From: Chloroflexota bacterium | GTDB taxonomy: Bacteria > Chloroflexota > UBA4733 | DNA: 56,049 nucleotides | NCBI GenBank assembly: GCA_051003235.1 | Contig: JBPCLN010000101.1 | Coordinates: 1 to 56,049, forward strand | Direction of reading: 5' to 3' | Shown: piece by piece, positions 39,347-47,824 of the stretch | Position numbering within the stretch: position 1 is the first letter of the stretch | How the letters are laid out: every line of letters begins with the position of its first letter | The notes under the pieces: generated by a model | The model's database searches: none | What the model saw: only the letters and a program-made list of their open reading frames with translations | What the model was told of the DNA's origin: nothing | Position numbers and translations under genes: made by a program

Positions 39347-41599
39347 CTAACTCTCCGATCGCAAAGGCCGGCGTTGGGGCGCCGCCGGCAACAGGCTGCG
39401 GAGCGCCGACGGCATCCACCAGTTCCAGTCACCGAGCAAGCGCATCGTGGCCGGCACCAACAAGGCGCGTACGATAGTGGCGTCAAGCAACACGGCCAGC
39501 GCCACACCCAGCCCTAACGCCTTAATCAATACGATTGACGCCGCCATAAATGAAGCGCTGACCAGGACGACGATCAGGGCGGCGCTGGTGATGATGCGGC
39601 CGCTGCGGCGCATCCCTTCCGCCACACTGCGCGCATTGTCCCCGCTGCGATCATACGCTTCCTTCATCCGCGAGAGTAGGAATACCTCGTAGTCCATGCT
39701 CAAGCCGAAGAGCGTGCAGAACATCAGGATCGGCAGCTCCGCCTCGACGTAGCCCAACCTGCTGAAGCCCAACAGACTGGTGAAGTGACCGTCTTGAAAG
39801 ACAAATACTAGCGCCCCGTAGCTGGCGATGATGCTCAGGCTGTTCATGATTATCGCCTTCACCGGTAGGAAGGCGCTGCGGAAGAGGATGAACAACACCG
39901 TGTAGGTGCTCAGGACAATGAACAGCAAGGCGTGAGGAAACTGGCTGTACAGTTCTTGTACCACGTCATGGATCTCGGCGGTGACGCCGCCGACCAGCAT
40001 CGTGGCGCCGGCGCCGGGCGTCATCCGGCGGAGGGCGAGCACCAGCGCCTGCGAGCGGGGGTCAATCGCGGAGTATTTGCTGTAGACCTGCACGAGCGCC
40101 GTATTCCCTTTCACCGTGGCGGCAGCCGTCGCCGCGGCGAAGTAATCCGGCACCCGCTTCGGGTCGGCGTACATCAACTGGTATTGGGCGAGCGTGAGCC
40201 GCGCATCGATACTGGTGACGCTGTCGACTCGAGCGACCCTTGGGTCGGCGCTAACTCGCTGAGTGAAGGCATAGAGTTCCGCGAGGTTGGCCGGGGCGAG
40301 CGCATCGCCGGTGAAGGAAAGGACCACAAACGCCGGCGAGCCGTCACCGGGCGGGAATTCGGCGTTGAGCACATCGAAGGCCTGGCGGGAGGCCACCGAT
40401 TGGGGAAGAATCGAGGCGTCGGGCGAACTGAGGCGGACGTGGAGGAAAGGCACACCGAGGACGAGCAACAGGCCCAGCGCCGGCACGCCGATGGCCAGGG
40501 GCCGCCGCATCACGGCGTGGGCCAACCGCTCCCAGAACAGCGTGACACTCCGGGAGCGCGGCAAGACTTGCAAGGCGTCTACGCGCCGACCAAGGAGGGC
40601 CAGTATCGCCGGCAACAGGGTCAGGGCGGCGACCACCGTGCAGAGTACGACGATACAGCCGCCGAGGCCGACGGAGCGCAGCAACATAAAATTGAAGCTC
40701 AGGAGTGCCAGCAGCCCCAGGCAGACCGTCGTCCCAGAGAAGAAGACCGCCCGCCCGGCCGTGGCGGCCGTGGCGGCGACCGCCTCCAGTACCACCTGCT
40801 GGTCCCTACCGGCGGCGTCGGTGCCGTGTCCCGCCAACTCTTCGCGAAAGCGACTGGTCATAAAGAGGGAATAGTCGACACCCAGGCCCAGGCCGATCAT
40901 CGTGGCGACGTTCAGGACGAAGATGGACATATCCGTGACCTGTGCGACCAGATAGATCACGCCGGCGGCAACGCTGACCCCGAGCCCCCCGACGAGCACC
41001 GGCACGAGGGCGGCGACGAGCGTCCGGAACACCAGCACCAGGGCGATGGCGGCGAAAGGAAAGGCGATCAATTCTGCCCGGTGCAGGTCGGAGGAGCTGG
41101 CCGCTTCGATATCGGAATAGAAGGCCGGCGCGCCCCCCACGAGCACCCGCAGGCTGGAAGGCTGGAGGCGCGCCTTGACGCCGTCCACGACCACGGTACC
41201 GGGGTCGGCATTCGGGTCGAGCACCAGCACCTCGTAGGCGGTATGCCCGTCCCGACCGATCTGGCGGTAGTTGTCCGTGTGCCAGATGATCTCCTTCACG
41301 TCGGGGTCGCCGGCGACGCGCGCCAGCGCCAGGTGCGCCTGGGCCACAAACTGCGCATCATTGGGATGCAGCGTTGGACTGGTCAGTACCACTAACAGGT
41401 CGTTCGCGCTATACCCGAGGCGCTGTTGCAGCAGGTCGCGCGCCTGGGCGGTCTCCGATCGATTATCGGAAAAGCCACCGACCTTCAGGACGTGCTCCAG
41501 CTTGAGCAGCGCCGGAATACTGACGGCAAACAACAACGCCCACACGACGATGACCGGCCACGGGTGCCGCGCACACCAGCGACCGAGCTGCTCAAACAT
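39347..41599 (-). CDS. MMPL family (RND-like) transporter
   Basis: GLGVDYSLF..RFREE, FGLSMDYEVFL.SR, DATIVR.LLVPA.M..LG..NWW.P. Confidence 0.95.
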   Translation of the reverse strand: MFEQLGRWCARHPWPVIVVWALLFAVSIPALLKLEHVLKVGGFSDNRSETAQARDLLQQRLGYSANDLLVVLTSPTLHPNDAQFVAQAHLALARVAGDPDVKEIIWHTDNYRQIGRDGHTAYEVLVLDPNADPGTVVVDGVKARLQPSSLRVLVGGAPAFYSDIEAASSSDLHRAELIAFPFAAIALVLVFRTLVAALVPVLVGGLGVSVAAGVIYLVAQVTDMSIFVLNVATMIGLGLGVDYSLFMTSRFREELAGHGTDAAGRDQQVVLEAVAATAATAGRAVFFSGTTVCLGLLALLSFNFMLLRSVGLGGCIVVLCTVVAALTLLPAILALLGRRVDALQVLPRSRSVTLFWERLAHAVMRRPLAIGVPALGLLLVLGVPFLHVRLSSPDASILPQSVASRQAFDVLNAEFPPGDGSPAFVVLSFTGDALAPANLAELYAFTQRVSADPRVARVDSVTSIDARLTLAQYQLMYADPKRVPDYFAAATAAATVKGNTALVQVYSKYSAIDPRSQALVLALRRMTPGAGATMLVGGVTAEIHDVVQELYSQFPHALLFIVLSTYTVLFILFRSAFLPVKAIIMNSLSIIASYGALVFVFQDGHFTSLLGFSRLGYVEAELPILMFCTLFGLSMDYEVFLLSRMKEAYDRSGDNARSVAEGMRRSGRIITSAALIVVLVSASFMAASIVLIKALGLGVALAVLLDATIVRALLVPATMRLLGDWNWWMPSALRSLLPAAPQRRPLRSES

Positions 41600-41703
41600 C
41601 CAACCAACGCCCGTGCACTGTGTTCGCCACCCTCTTCCCAGTATACGGGCAGTCTTCGCTGCCGCCGGCCGCAGTCGTGGCCTCGTTCGCGTTCCAGCCG
41701 CAC

Positions 41704-41732
41704 TTGACAAGCGACAGGGTGTAATACAATAT
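41704..41732 (+). promoter_or_regulatory. Possible promoter/operator upstream of the SBP gene
   Basis: TTGACA at 41704, TACAAT at 41725 (15-nt spacer, short) overlapped by palindrome TGTA-A-TACA. Confidence 0.35.
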
Positions 41733-41763
41733 ATGGGCGTCTTCTCGTGAAAGGTGGATCGTT

Positions 41764-43254
41764 GTGCCGTTGACATTCCCACAAGCCGGCCGAACGCGTC
41801 GTTCGACCTTGTGTACCTGCTTCGGAACGATTGGTCTGCTCGCCGGCTTGCCGGTGCTGGCCGCCTGTGGCGCCGCCACATCCGCCGTGGCAACCAGCCA
41901 GCCAGCTTTCACAGTGGCCTCAACTACCAGCGGCGCTGCCACGGCCACCGCGGGTTCGGCCACCGGCACGACAGCGCGCGTGGTGGGCGCCAACGCCGCC
42001 ACGACGAGCGCTGCCACCGCGAGCGCCGCACCAGCGTCCAGCGCCGCCGCGGCCGGCGGAAAAACGACCATCTTCTATATCAGCCGTGACCCGTTGAAGC
42101 CGCCGGATATCGACACCCTGACGAAGCCCTGGCTGGACGCCCATCCGACCTATAGCCTTCAGACGGAGGTCGGCGTCAATGACGCCAAGCTGGCGACCCT
42201 GGTGGCGGCCGGTCAACAGATGGACGCCATAGGCTGGTACCAAACGGCGCAAGACGTGAACATTGCCATGAATCTCCTCATCCCCCTCGACTCCTATATC
42301 GCGCGTGACCATTGGAATACCCAACAGTACAGCCAGGACATCTTGAATCTGGTGGGCAGCTACCAGGGGAAGCTGTACGCCCTGCCGTATGCCTATGGCG
42401 GCGACGCGCCGTTCGGCTTGGTCTATAATCGCTCCCTGTTCCAGGCAGCCGGGATCGCCGAGCCGCCAACGACCTGGGATAAGACCTGGACCTGGGACGA
42501 TTTCGCCACCGCCGCCGGCAAACTGACCAAGCGGAATGGCGCCAGCCAGACGCAGGCCGGCCTGGCCAACTATGGCTTCTACGTCAATACGATCCCGCTG
42601 ATTTGGAAACCGGTACGGTGGATGCAGGACGACTACAAGACGATCACCTGCGATTCACCGGACATGATTAATGCCTATCAAAAGTACCTGGACCTGGTCC
42701 TGAAGGATCGCGCCTCCACCTCCAGTCCGGGCTTCACCGCCGGCAAAGGAGATCCCTTTTATGGCGGAATCGCCGCCATGACGGGGCCCTGCTGCAGCGC
42801 GCTCAGCTACGCCACCAAAATGCCGCCGGCCATCGATTGGGGTTTCGCACCGATGCCGAAGGGCGCCGTGACGACGCCGGATGTCCAGGCCACGATCAGT
42901 GGAATCGGCACGCTCGCCAAAGACCGTGACGCCGGCTGGTCGTTCCTGATGGCCATCCTTGATAAGTCGCGGTTGGCCAATGCCGCGCAACGCCAGCCGG
43001 CGATACCGGCCGACGTATCGACCTGGGTAGACGCCAACTTCCAACAGTGGCCCAAGTCCAATGCGAAGAACATCATCGTCGACGGAACGAAGATCGCCCT
43101 CGGTATCGATCCCATTCGCTTCCATCCCAAGTACAACGAGATGAACACCACGATCATGCAGCCGGCCTGGAATTCCATGCTCAAGGGAACGGAGACCGCG
43201 CAGCAGGCGTTGACGCGCATCAAAGGGCCCTTGCAGACGCTGGCGGGAGCATAA
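41764..43254 (+). CDS. Orphan ABC sugar-type solute-binding lipoprotein
   Basis: TRR motif, LAAC lipobox, A/T linker, GKLYALP, YNRSLF, WTWDDF. Confidence 0.85.
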   Translation: MPLTFPQAGRTRRSTLCTCFGTIGLLAGLPVLAACGAATSAVATSQPAFTVASTTSGAATATAGSATGTTARVVGANAATTSAATASAAPASSAAAAGGKTTIFYISRDPLKPPDIDTLTKPWLDAHPTYSLQTEVGVNDAKLATLVAAGQQMDAIGWYQTAQDVNIAMNLLIPLDSYIARDHWNTQQYSQDILNLVGSYQGKLYALPYAYGGDAPFGLVYNRSLFQAAGIAEPPTTWDKTWTWDDFATAAGKLTKRNGASQTQAGLANYGFYVNTIPLIWKPVRWMQDDYKTITCDSPDMINAYQKYLDLVLKDRASTSSPGFTAGKGDPFYGGIAAMTGPCCSALSYATKMPPAIDWGFAPMPKGAVTTPDVQATISGIGTLAKDRDAGWSFLMAILDKSRLANAAQRQPAIPADVSTWVDANFQQWPKSNAKNIIVDGTKIALGIDPIRFHPKYNEMNTTIMQPAWNSMLKGTETAQQALTRIKGPLQTLAGA

Positions 43255-43294
43255 GGGGCGCAACAGCGGGCCCAGGGGGTACCCTCCACCTCCC

Positions 43295-43963
43295 TTACAC
43301 TCTAGCCAGTCTCCTGTTTCTAATGATCCACATCGCCGCAACTACCAAGCAGACCGTCCCGCCTGCCCCTAACAGCACCTGAAAGGGCCGGATCCCTGGG
43401 GGCGCGGACGATGCCGGCGGCGCGGGCGGCGTGGACGCAACCGCGGTCGGCGGGGCCAGCGTGCTGGTGGCCTGCTGCGCGCGTGCCGCTGCCGCCGCCG
43501 GATGGGGGGCCGGCGCCAGTGCTGCACCGGCAGCAGCGGTAGAGGCCGCCGTCGTGGCGGCGGCGAAGGCGCGTCCTGACCCCGTCGCCGCCATCGACGT
43601 GGGGGAACCGGCCTGCGAGGCAGCGAGTGAAGCGCCACCGGGAACGGGGCGGGCCAGAGCCAGGGAGAGACCGAGCGCCAGGAAGAGCACAGCCGCGGCG
43701 GAGAGAAAGGAAATCGGCAAGAGGGGCCGCGGCGCTGCCCGGCGCGGCGCGGTGGCAGTCGGCAGCAGAAAGGAACGCGGCAGTACCGGCTCCGGCAGGT
43801 TGCGGAGCAAGAGCGCCGTCGTCTGCAAGGAGCGCAATTGGGCACGGCAAGCGGCGCAACCCGCCAGATGATCGTCCACCATCCGCCGTTCCGCCGGCGT
43901 TAGGCCGTCTACCGAATAGGCGGCAAGGAGCGCCTCGGGATGCTCGTCCGCCATGCTGTTCAC
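43295..43963 (-). CDS. zf-HC2 anti-sigma factor with two TMs
   Basis: LLAAY.VD.L, HLAGCAAC, PRSF; overlaps the sigma stop codon. Confidence 0.85.
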   Translation of the reverse strand: MNSMADEHPEALLAAYSVDGLTPAERRMVDDHLAGCAACRAQLRSLQTTALLLRNLPEPVLPRSFLLPTATAPRRAAPRPLLPISFLSAAAVLFLALGLSLALARPVPGGASLAASQAGSPTSMAATGSGRAFAAATTAASTAAAGAALAPAPHPAAAAARAQQATSTLAPPTAVASTPPAPPASSAPPGIRPFQVLLGAGGTVCLVVAAMWIIRNRRLARV

Positions 43964-44580
43964 TGTTTCTCCTGTATGTAGACAGAACGTAGACCGGACG
44001 GCAAGAGTTCCGGACGCTCGGCCAACCAGTCGCGCAGGCGGGCCCGCCCCCGGCTGAGGCGAGACTTAATGGTGCCGATATTGGTGCGCTCCACCTCCGC
44101 CGCCTCGGCGTAGCCGTAGCCCTGGACGTCACAGAGAATGACTACGGCGCGCTGATCGGGCGGCAGCGCGGCCAGGCCGGCGCTCAAATGGCGGCCCAAT
44201 TCGCTGGTCACCACTAACTGGGCCGGGTCGGGCGCTTCGCCGGCCAGTTGCTCCGTTTCCGGCTGCTCGGCGAGGATGGCGTCGTAGGAACGTTCGGGCC
44301 GGCGACGCCGGGTGCGTAGGACGTCGTAGCAGCGGTTGACCAGGATGCGCGTCAGCCAGGCGCGGAAGCTGCCACCATGAAACGTGTCCAGATGCTGCCA
44401 GGCGGCCAGCAGGCTCTCCTGGGTGACGTCGGCCGCCGATGGTTCGTCACCGAGCATGCGCAGGGCGATGGCAAAGAGGATGCGCTGCAGCGGCTCAACC
44501 AGACGGTTAAAGGACGGCAGATCGCCGGCCCTGGCGAGTGCCTGGAGGCGTTCGTCCGCTGTGCTCCCCGTCGGCTGCAC
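43960..44580 (-). CDS. ECF sigma-70 factor
   Basis: AADVTQE, FRAWLTRI..NRCYD, LP.DQR, GTIKSRLSRGR; GTG start inferred. Confidence 0.92.
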   Translation of the reverse strand: MQPTGSTADERLQALARAGDLPSFNRLVEPLQRILFAIALRMLGDEPSAADVTQESLLAAWQHLDTFHGGSFRAWLTRILVNRCYDVLRTRRRRPERSYDAILAEQPETEQLAGEAPDPAQLVVTSELGRHLSAGLAALPPDQRAVVILCDVQGYGYAEAAEVERTNIGTIKSRLSRGRARLRDWLAERPELLPSGLRSVYIQEKQ

Positions 44581-44585
44581 CCGGC

Positions 44586-44611
44586 GGAACCTTTCTGCTC
44601 CATCCAGCGTT
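44586..44611 (+). promoter_or_regulatory. Putative ECF-sigma promoter for the DUF4349 gene
   Basis: GGAAC-N17-CGTT. Confidence 0.55.
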
Positions 44612-44673
44612 GGAGTGCATGTACACCGGCGGCATGGTACCGCCGGTCCCTCCGTCACGAAAGGTGGTTCACC

Positions 44674-45687
44674 ATGCGTCCTGCTCCGATGCAACAACCA
44701 GACCGGAACCGTCCCCGCCGCCGCGCGATGGTCTCGGTCGCCGGCGTACTGCTCCTGGCCGTCGCGTTGAGCGCCTGCGGCGTCGGTACCCGAGCGCTGT
44801 CACCGTCGTCCAGCACAGCGTGGGTCAGTAGCGCGATGGCGGCGACCGCGGCCGCCGCCACCGCAGCGGGTGCGCTGCCGGCGATCCGCGCGGCGTCCGC
44901 CCCCATTGCCGGCGCCCCATCTATCGCCGCCGCCCCCGCCAAGAATCAGACCAGCCCGCTGCCGATCCTACCGTCGGGACAGATGCTGATTCGCTCCGGC
45001 CAGATCGAGTTAGAGGCCGGTAACCCGGCGACCCTCGTCGAGCAAGTGCGCCAGATCGCCGGCGCTGCTATCGCCGGCGCCGATGCGGGTTACGTCGCCG
45101 ACGAACAATTGCAGTCGCACGACGCGACGTTCACGGCGACCATCACGATCAACGTGCCCGCGCCATCGTTTGCAACGGTGATGGAGCAGTTACGGCGCTT
45201 AGGCACGCGAGTCCTGAATGAAACGAGCAGCAGTCAGGATGTCACGGAGCAGTTCGTCGATGTCGACGCCCAGTTGCAGGCGCTCCGCGCCACCCAGGCC
45301 CAGTTGTTGACCTTGCTCAGCAAGACGCAGCAGGTGGCCGATACGCTCACCGTGCAGCGTGAGCTCTCCAACGTCAATATGCAGATTAACCAGTTGGAAG
45401 GGCGCGAAAACTACCTGAAGGCGCATAGCGCCTACTCCACCATTGTCGTGACGATCCGTCCACCGGCGACGGCGACAACGCCAACCCCGTCTCTGCTCTG
45501 GAGCCCGTTGCACGCCCTGTTGAGCGCCATTGCCGCCCTCGGCACGGTCGGGCAGGGAGTCGTCGATGCCCTGATCTGGTTCCTCGTCTTTGGTATCCCG
45601 CTCGCGCTGGTGGCCCTCCTGGGTCTGGTGGTGCAGCGCGCCATTAGCCGGACGCTGCGCGCACGACGCAGTACGCCGACGCCGTAG
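44674..45687 (+). CDS. DUF4349 family lipoprotein
   Basis: LSAC lipobox, LIRSG.I.L, VP, QDVTEQFVD, coiled coil ..EG, YSTI, C-terminal TM. Confidence 0.85.
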   Translation: MRPAPMQQPDRNRPRRRAMVSVAGVLLLAVALSACGVGTRALSPSSSTAWVSSAMAATAAAATAAGALPAIRAASAPIAGAPSIAAAPAKNQTSPLPILPSGQMLIRSGQIELEAGNPATLVEQVRQIAGAAIAGADAGYVADEQLQSHDATFTATITINVPAPSFATVMEQLRRLGTRVLNETSSSQDVTEQFVDVDAQLQALRATQAQLLTLLSKTQQVADTLTVQRELSNVNMQINQLEGRENYLKAHSAYSTIVVTIRPPATATTPTPSLLWSPLHALLSAIAALGTVGQGVVDALIWFLVFGIPLALVALLGLVVQRAISRTLRARRSTPTP

Positions 45688-45775
45688 CGCAGACGACGGG
45701 ATCGACGGCGGCGAGTATAATCCGATGCCTACTCGAGACGCGCCAGCACGCGTTCCTTGTCGGTGAGGAGGTCCC

Positions 45776-47824
45776 ATGAAGCAATATCCGCCAGCCCAGA
45801 TTCGCAATGTTGCGCTCATCTCCCACGGTGGCGCCGGAAAGACCAGCCTGACGGAAGCCATGCTTCTGGCGGCAGGGGCGATCAGCCGGCGGGGTAGCGT
45901 GGAAGAAGGGAACACCGTCTCCGACCACGACCCGGAGGAGCAGCGACGGCAAATCTCGCTCGGGCTCAGCGTCTGCCCCTTGGAATGGCAGGATTGCAAG
46001 GTCAATCTGCTGGACACGCCCGGCTATTCCGACTTCGTCGGCGAAGTGAAGCAGGCGCTTCGCATCGCCGATGCGGCAATTTTGCAGGTCTGTGCCGTCA
46101 ACGGTATCGAAGTGGGGACGGAACTGGTCAGCCAGTACGCTGCGGAGCGGCAGTTACCGCTGCTGGCCGTCATCGGGCGGCTGGACCGCGAACACGCCGA
46201 CTTCGAACAGGCGCTCGCCGGCCTGAAGATGATGTTCGGCAACCGCGCGGCCCTGCTCCATTTGCCGATCGGGCACGAACGCAGCACGCGCGGCTATGTC
46301 GATCTGCTGACGCAAAAGGCCCATCTCTATACCGACGGCGACGCGCACGAAGAGGCGGTGCCGGAGGAGCTGGCGGACCGGGCAGCGGAGGCGCGCGAGG
46401 CGCTGATTGATGCCGTGGCGGAGCTGGACGACGATTTACTCGCCAGGTACCTGGACGGCCAGGAAATCAGCGCGGCGGAACTGCGGCCCATCATCCGCCG
46501 CGGCGTCGGAAGCGGCAGCCTCGTCCCGGTGCTGTGTACGGCGGCGACGCAGGGCATTGGCGTCCCCGCCGTGCTGGACGCCATCGTGCAATTCCTGCCC
46601 TCCCCGGAGGAGGCGGGTACCGCGGACGTGAAGGGACCCCTGGCGGCGCTCGTCTTCAAGACGACGAGTGACCCTTTTGTCGGCAAGGTGAGTTACTTCC
46701 GCGTTTACTCCGGCACCTTTCGGGCCGATGCCCATGTTTGGAATAGCAGCCGCCTGCACGAGGAGCGGGTCGCCCAGGTCGCTACCGTGCGCGGACGCAG
46801 CCAGGAAGTGGCGGGCGATGTCGTGGCGGGGGATATCGGCGCCATCAACAAGCTGGGCGACACGGCGACGGGCGATACGCTCAGCCATCGGGACCATCCG
46901 GTGGTGCTGGACGGCATTTCCTATCCGGATCCGGCCTTCCACGTGTCGGTAGAACCGCGAACCAAGGCGGACCTGGATAAGCTCGGTCCCGCCCTGGCCC
47001 GGCTGATGGAAGAAGACCACACCATCACGGTCAAGAAAGATCCTGACACCGGCCAGACGATCCTATCCGGCATGGGTGAAATGCATCTGGACGTGGCGAT
47101 GGAGCGGCTGCGCCACAAATACAAGCTGGAGCTGGTTCTGGCGACCCCGCGGGTGCCCTATCGCGAGACGATTCGAGGGCGGGGCAAGGCTCAGGGGCGC
47201 CATAAGAAGCAGACCGGCGGTCACGGCCAGTTCGGCGACGTATGGATTGAGTTGGAGCCGGCCGAAGCCGGTGGCGGCTACCAGTTCGTTGACCGCGTGG
47301 TCGGTGGCTCGGTGCCGCGCCAGTTCATCCCGGCCGTCGACAAAGGAGTGCAAGAAGCGCTGGCGGAAGGGATCATCAGCGGCAATCGCGTCGTGGATAT
47401 CCGCGCTATCCTCTATGATGGCTCCTACCATCCGGTCGATTCATCCGAAATGGCCTTCAAGCTCGCGGCAGGCATCGCCGTACGGAAGGCGGCGGAGCAG
47501 GCGCGCCCGGTACTCCTGGAGCCCATCCTCGAGGTGACAATTACCGTCCCCGAGGCCAGCATGGGCGACGTCATGAGCGATCTCAACACGAAGCGAGCGC
47601 GAATCGAAGGGATGGAACCGACCGGCGCGGGCTTGCAGCGCATCAAGGCGCAAGCGCCCCAGGCGGAACTGCTGCGCTACGCGATTGATCTGCGCTCGAT
47701 TACCCAGGGCCGGGGCGTCTTCAGCACCAGCTTCTCCCACTACGAGGAAGTACCGGCGCATATTTCCGATCAGGTGAAAGAGGCGACCGCCCACAAGCGG
47801 GAGCACGAGCCCGCCCACGTGTGA
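45776..47824 (+). CDS. fusA: Elongation factor G paralog (EF-G2-like, outside the str operon)
   Basis: HGGAGKT, DTPGY.DF, GMGEMHL, KKQTGGHGQFG, DGSYH.VDSSEMAF, LRS.TQGRG. Confidence 0.9.
   Translation: MKQYPPAQIRNVALISHGGAGKTSLTEAMLLAAGAISRRGSVEEGNTVSDHDPEEQRRQISLGLSVCPLEWQDCKVNLLDTPGYSDFVGEVKQALRIADAAILQVCAVNGIEVGTELVSQYAAERQLPLLAVIGRLDREHADFEQALAGLKMMFGNRAALLHLPIGHERSTRGYVDLLTQKAHLYTDGDAHEEAVPEELADRAAEAREALIDAVAELDDDLLARYLDGQEISAAELRPIIRRGVGSGSLVPVLCTAATQGIGVPAVLDAIVQFLPSPEEAGTADVKGPLAALVFKTTSDPFVGKVSYFRVYSGTFRADAHVWNSSRLHEERVAQVATVRGRSQEVAGDVVAGDIGAINKLGDTATGDTLSHRDHPVVLDGISYPDPAFHVSVEPRTKADLDKLGPALARLMEEDHTITVKKDPDTGQTILSGMGEMHLDVAMERLRHKYKLELVLATPRVPYRETIRGRGKAQGRHKKQTGGHGQFGDVWIELEPAEAGGGYQFVDRVVGGSVPRQFIPAVDKGVQEALAEGIISGNRVVDIRAILYDGSYHPVDSSEMAFKLAAGIAVRKAAEQARPVLLEPILEVTITVPEASMGDVMSDLNTKRARIEGMEPTGAGLQRIKAQAPQAELLRYAIDLRSITQGRGVFSTSFSHYEEVPAHISDQVKEATAHKREHEPAHV

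Noticed and set aside
23650-41395. Long antisense ORFs (e.g. 23650-25026 +, 27201-28235 +, 39932-41395 +)
   Set aside because: Shadow frames of well-supported opposite-strand genes, expected in high-GC DNA
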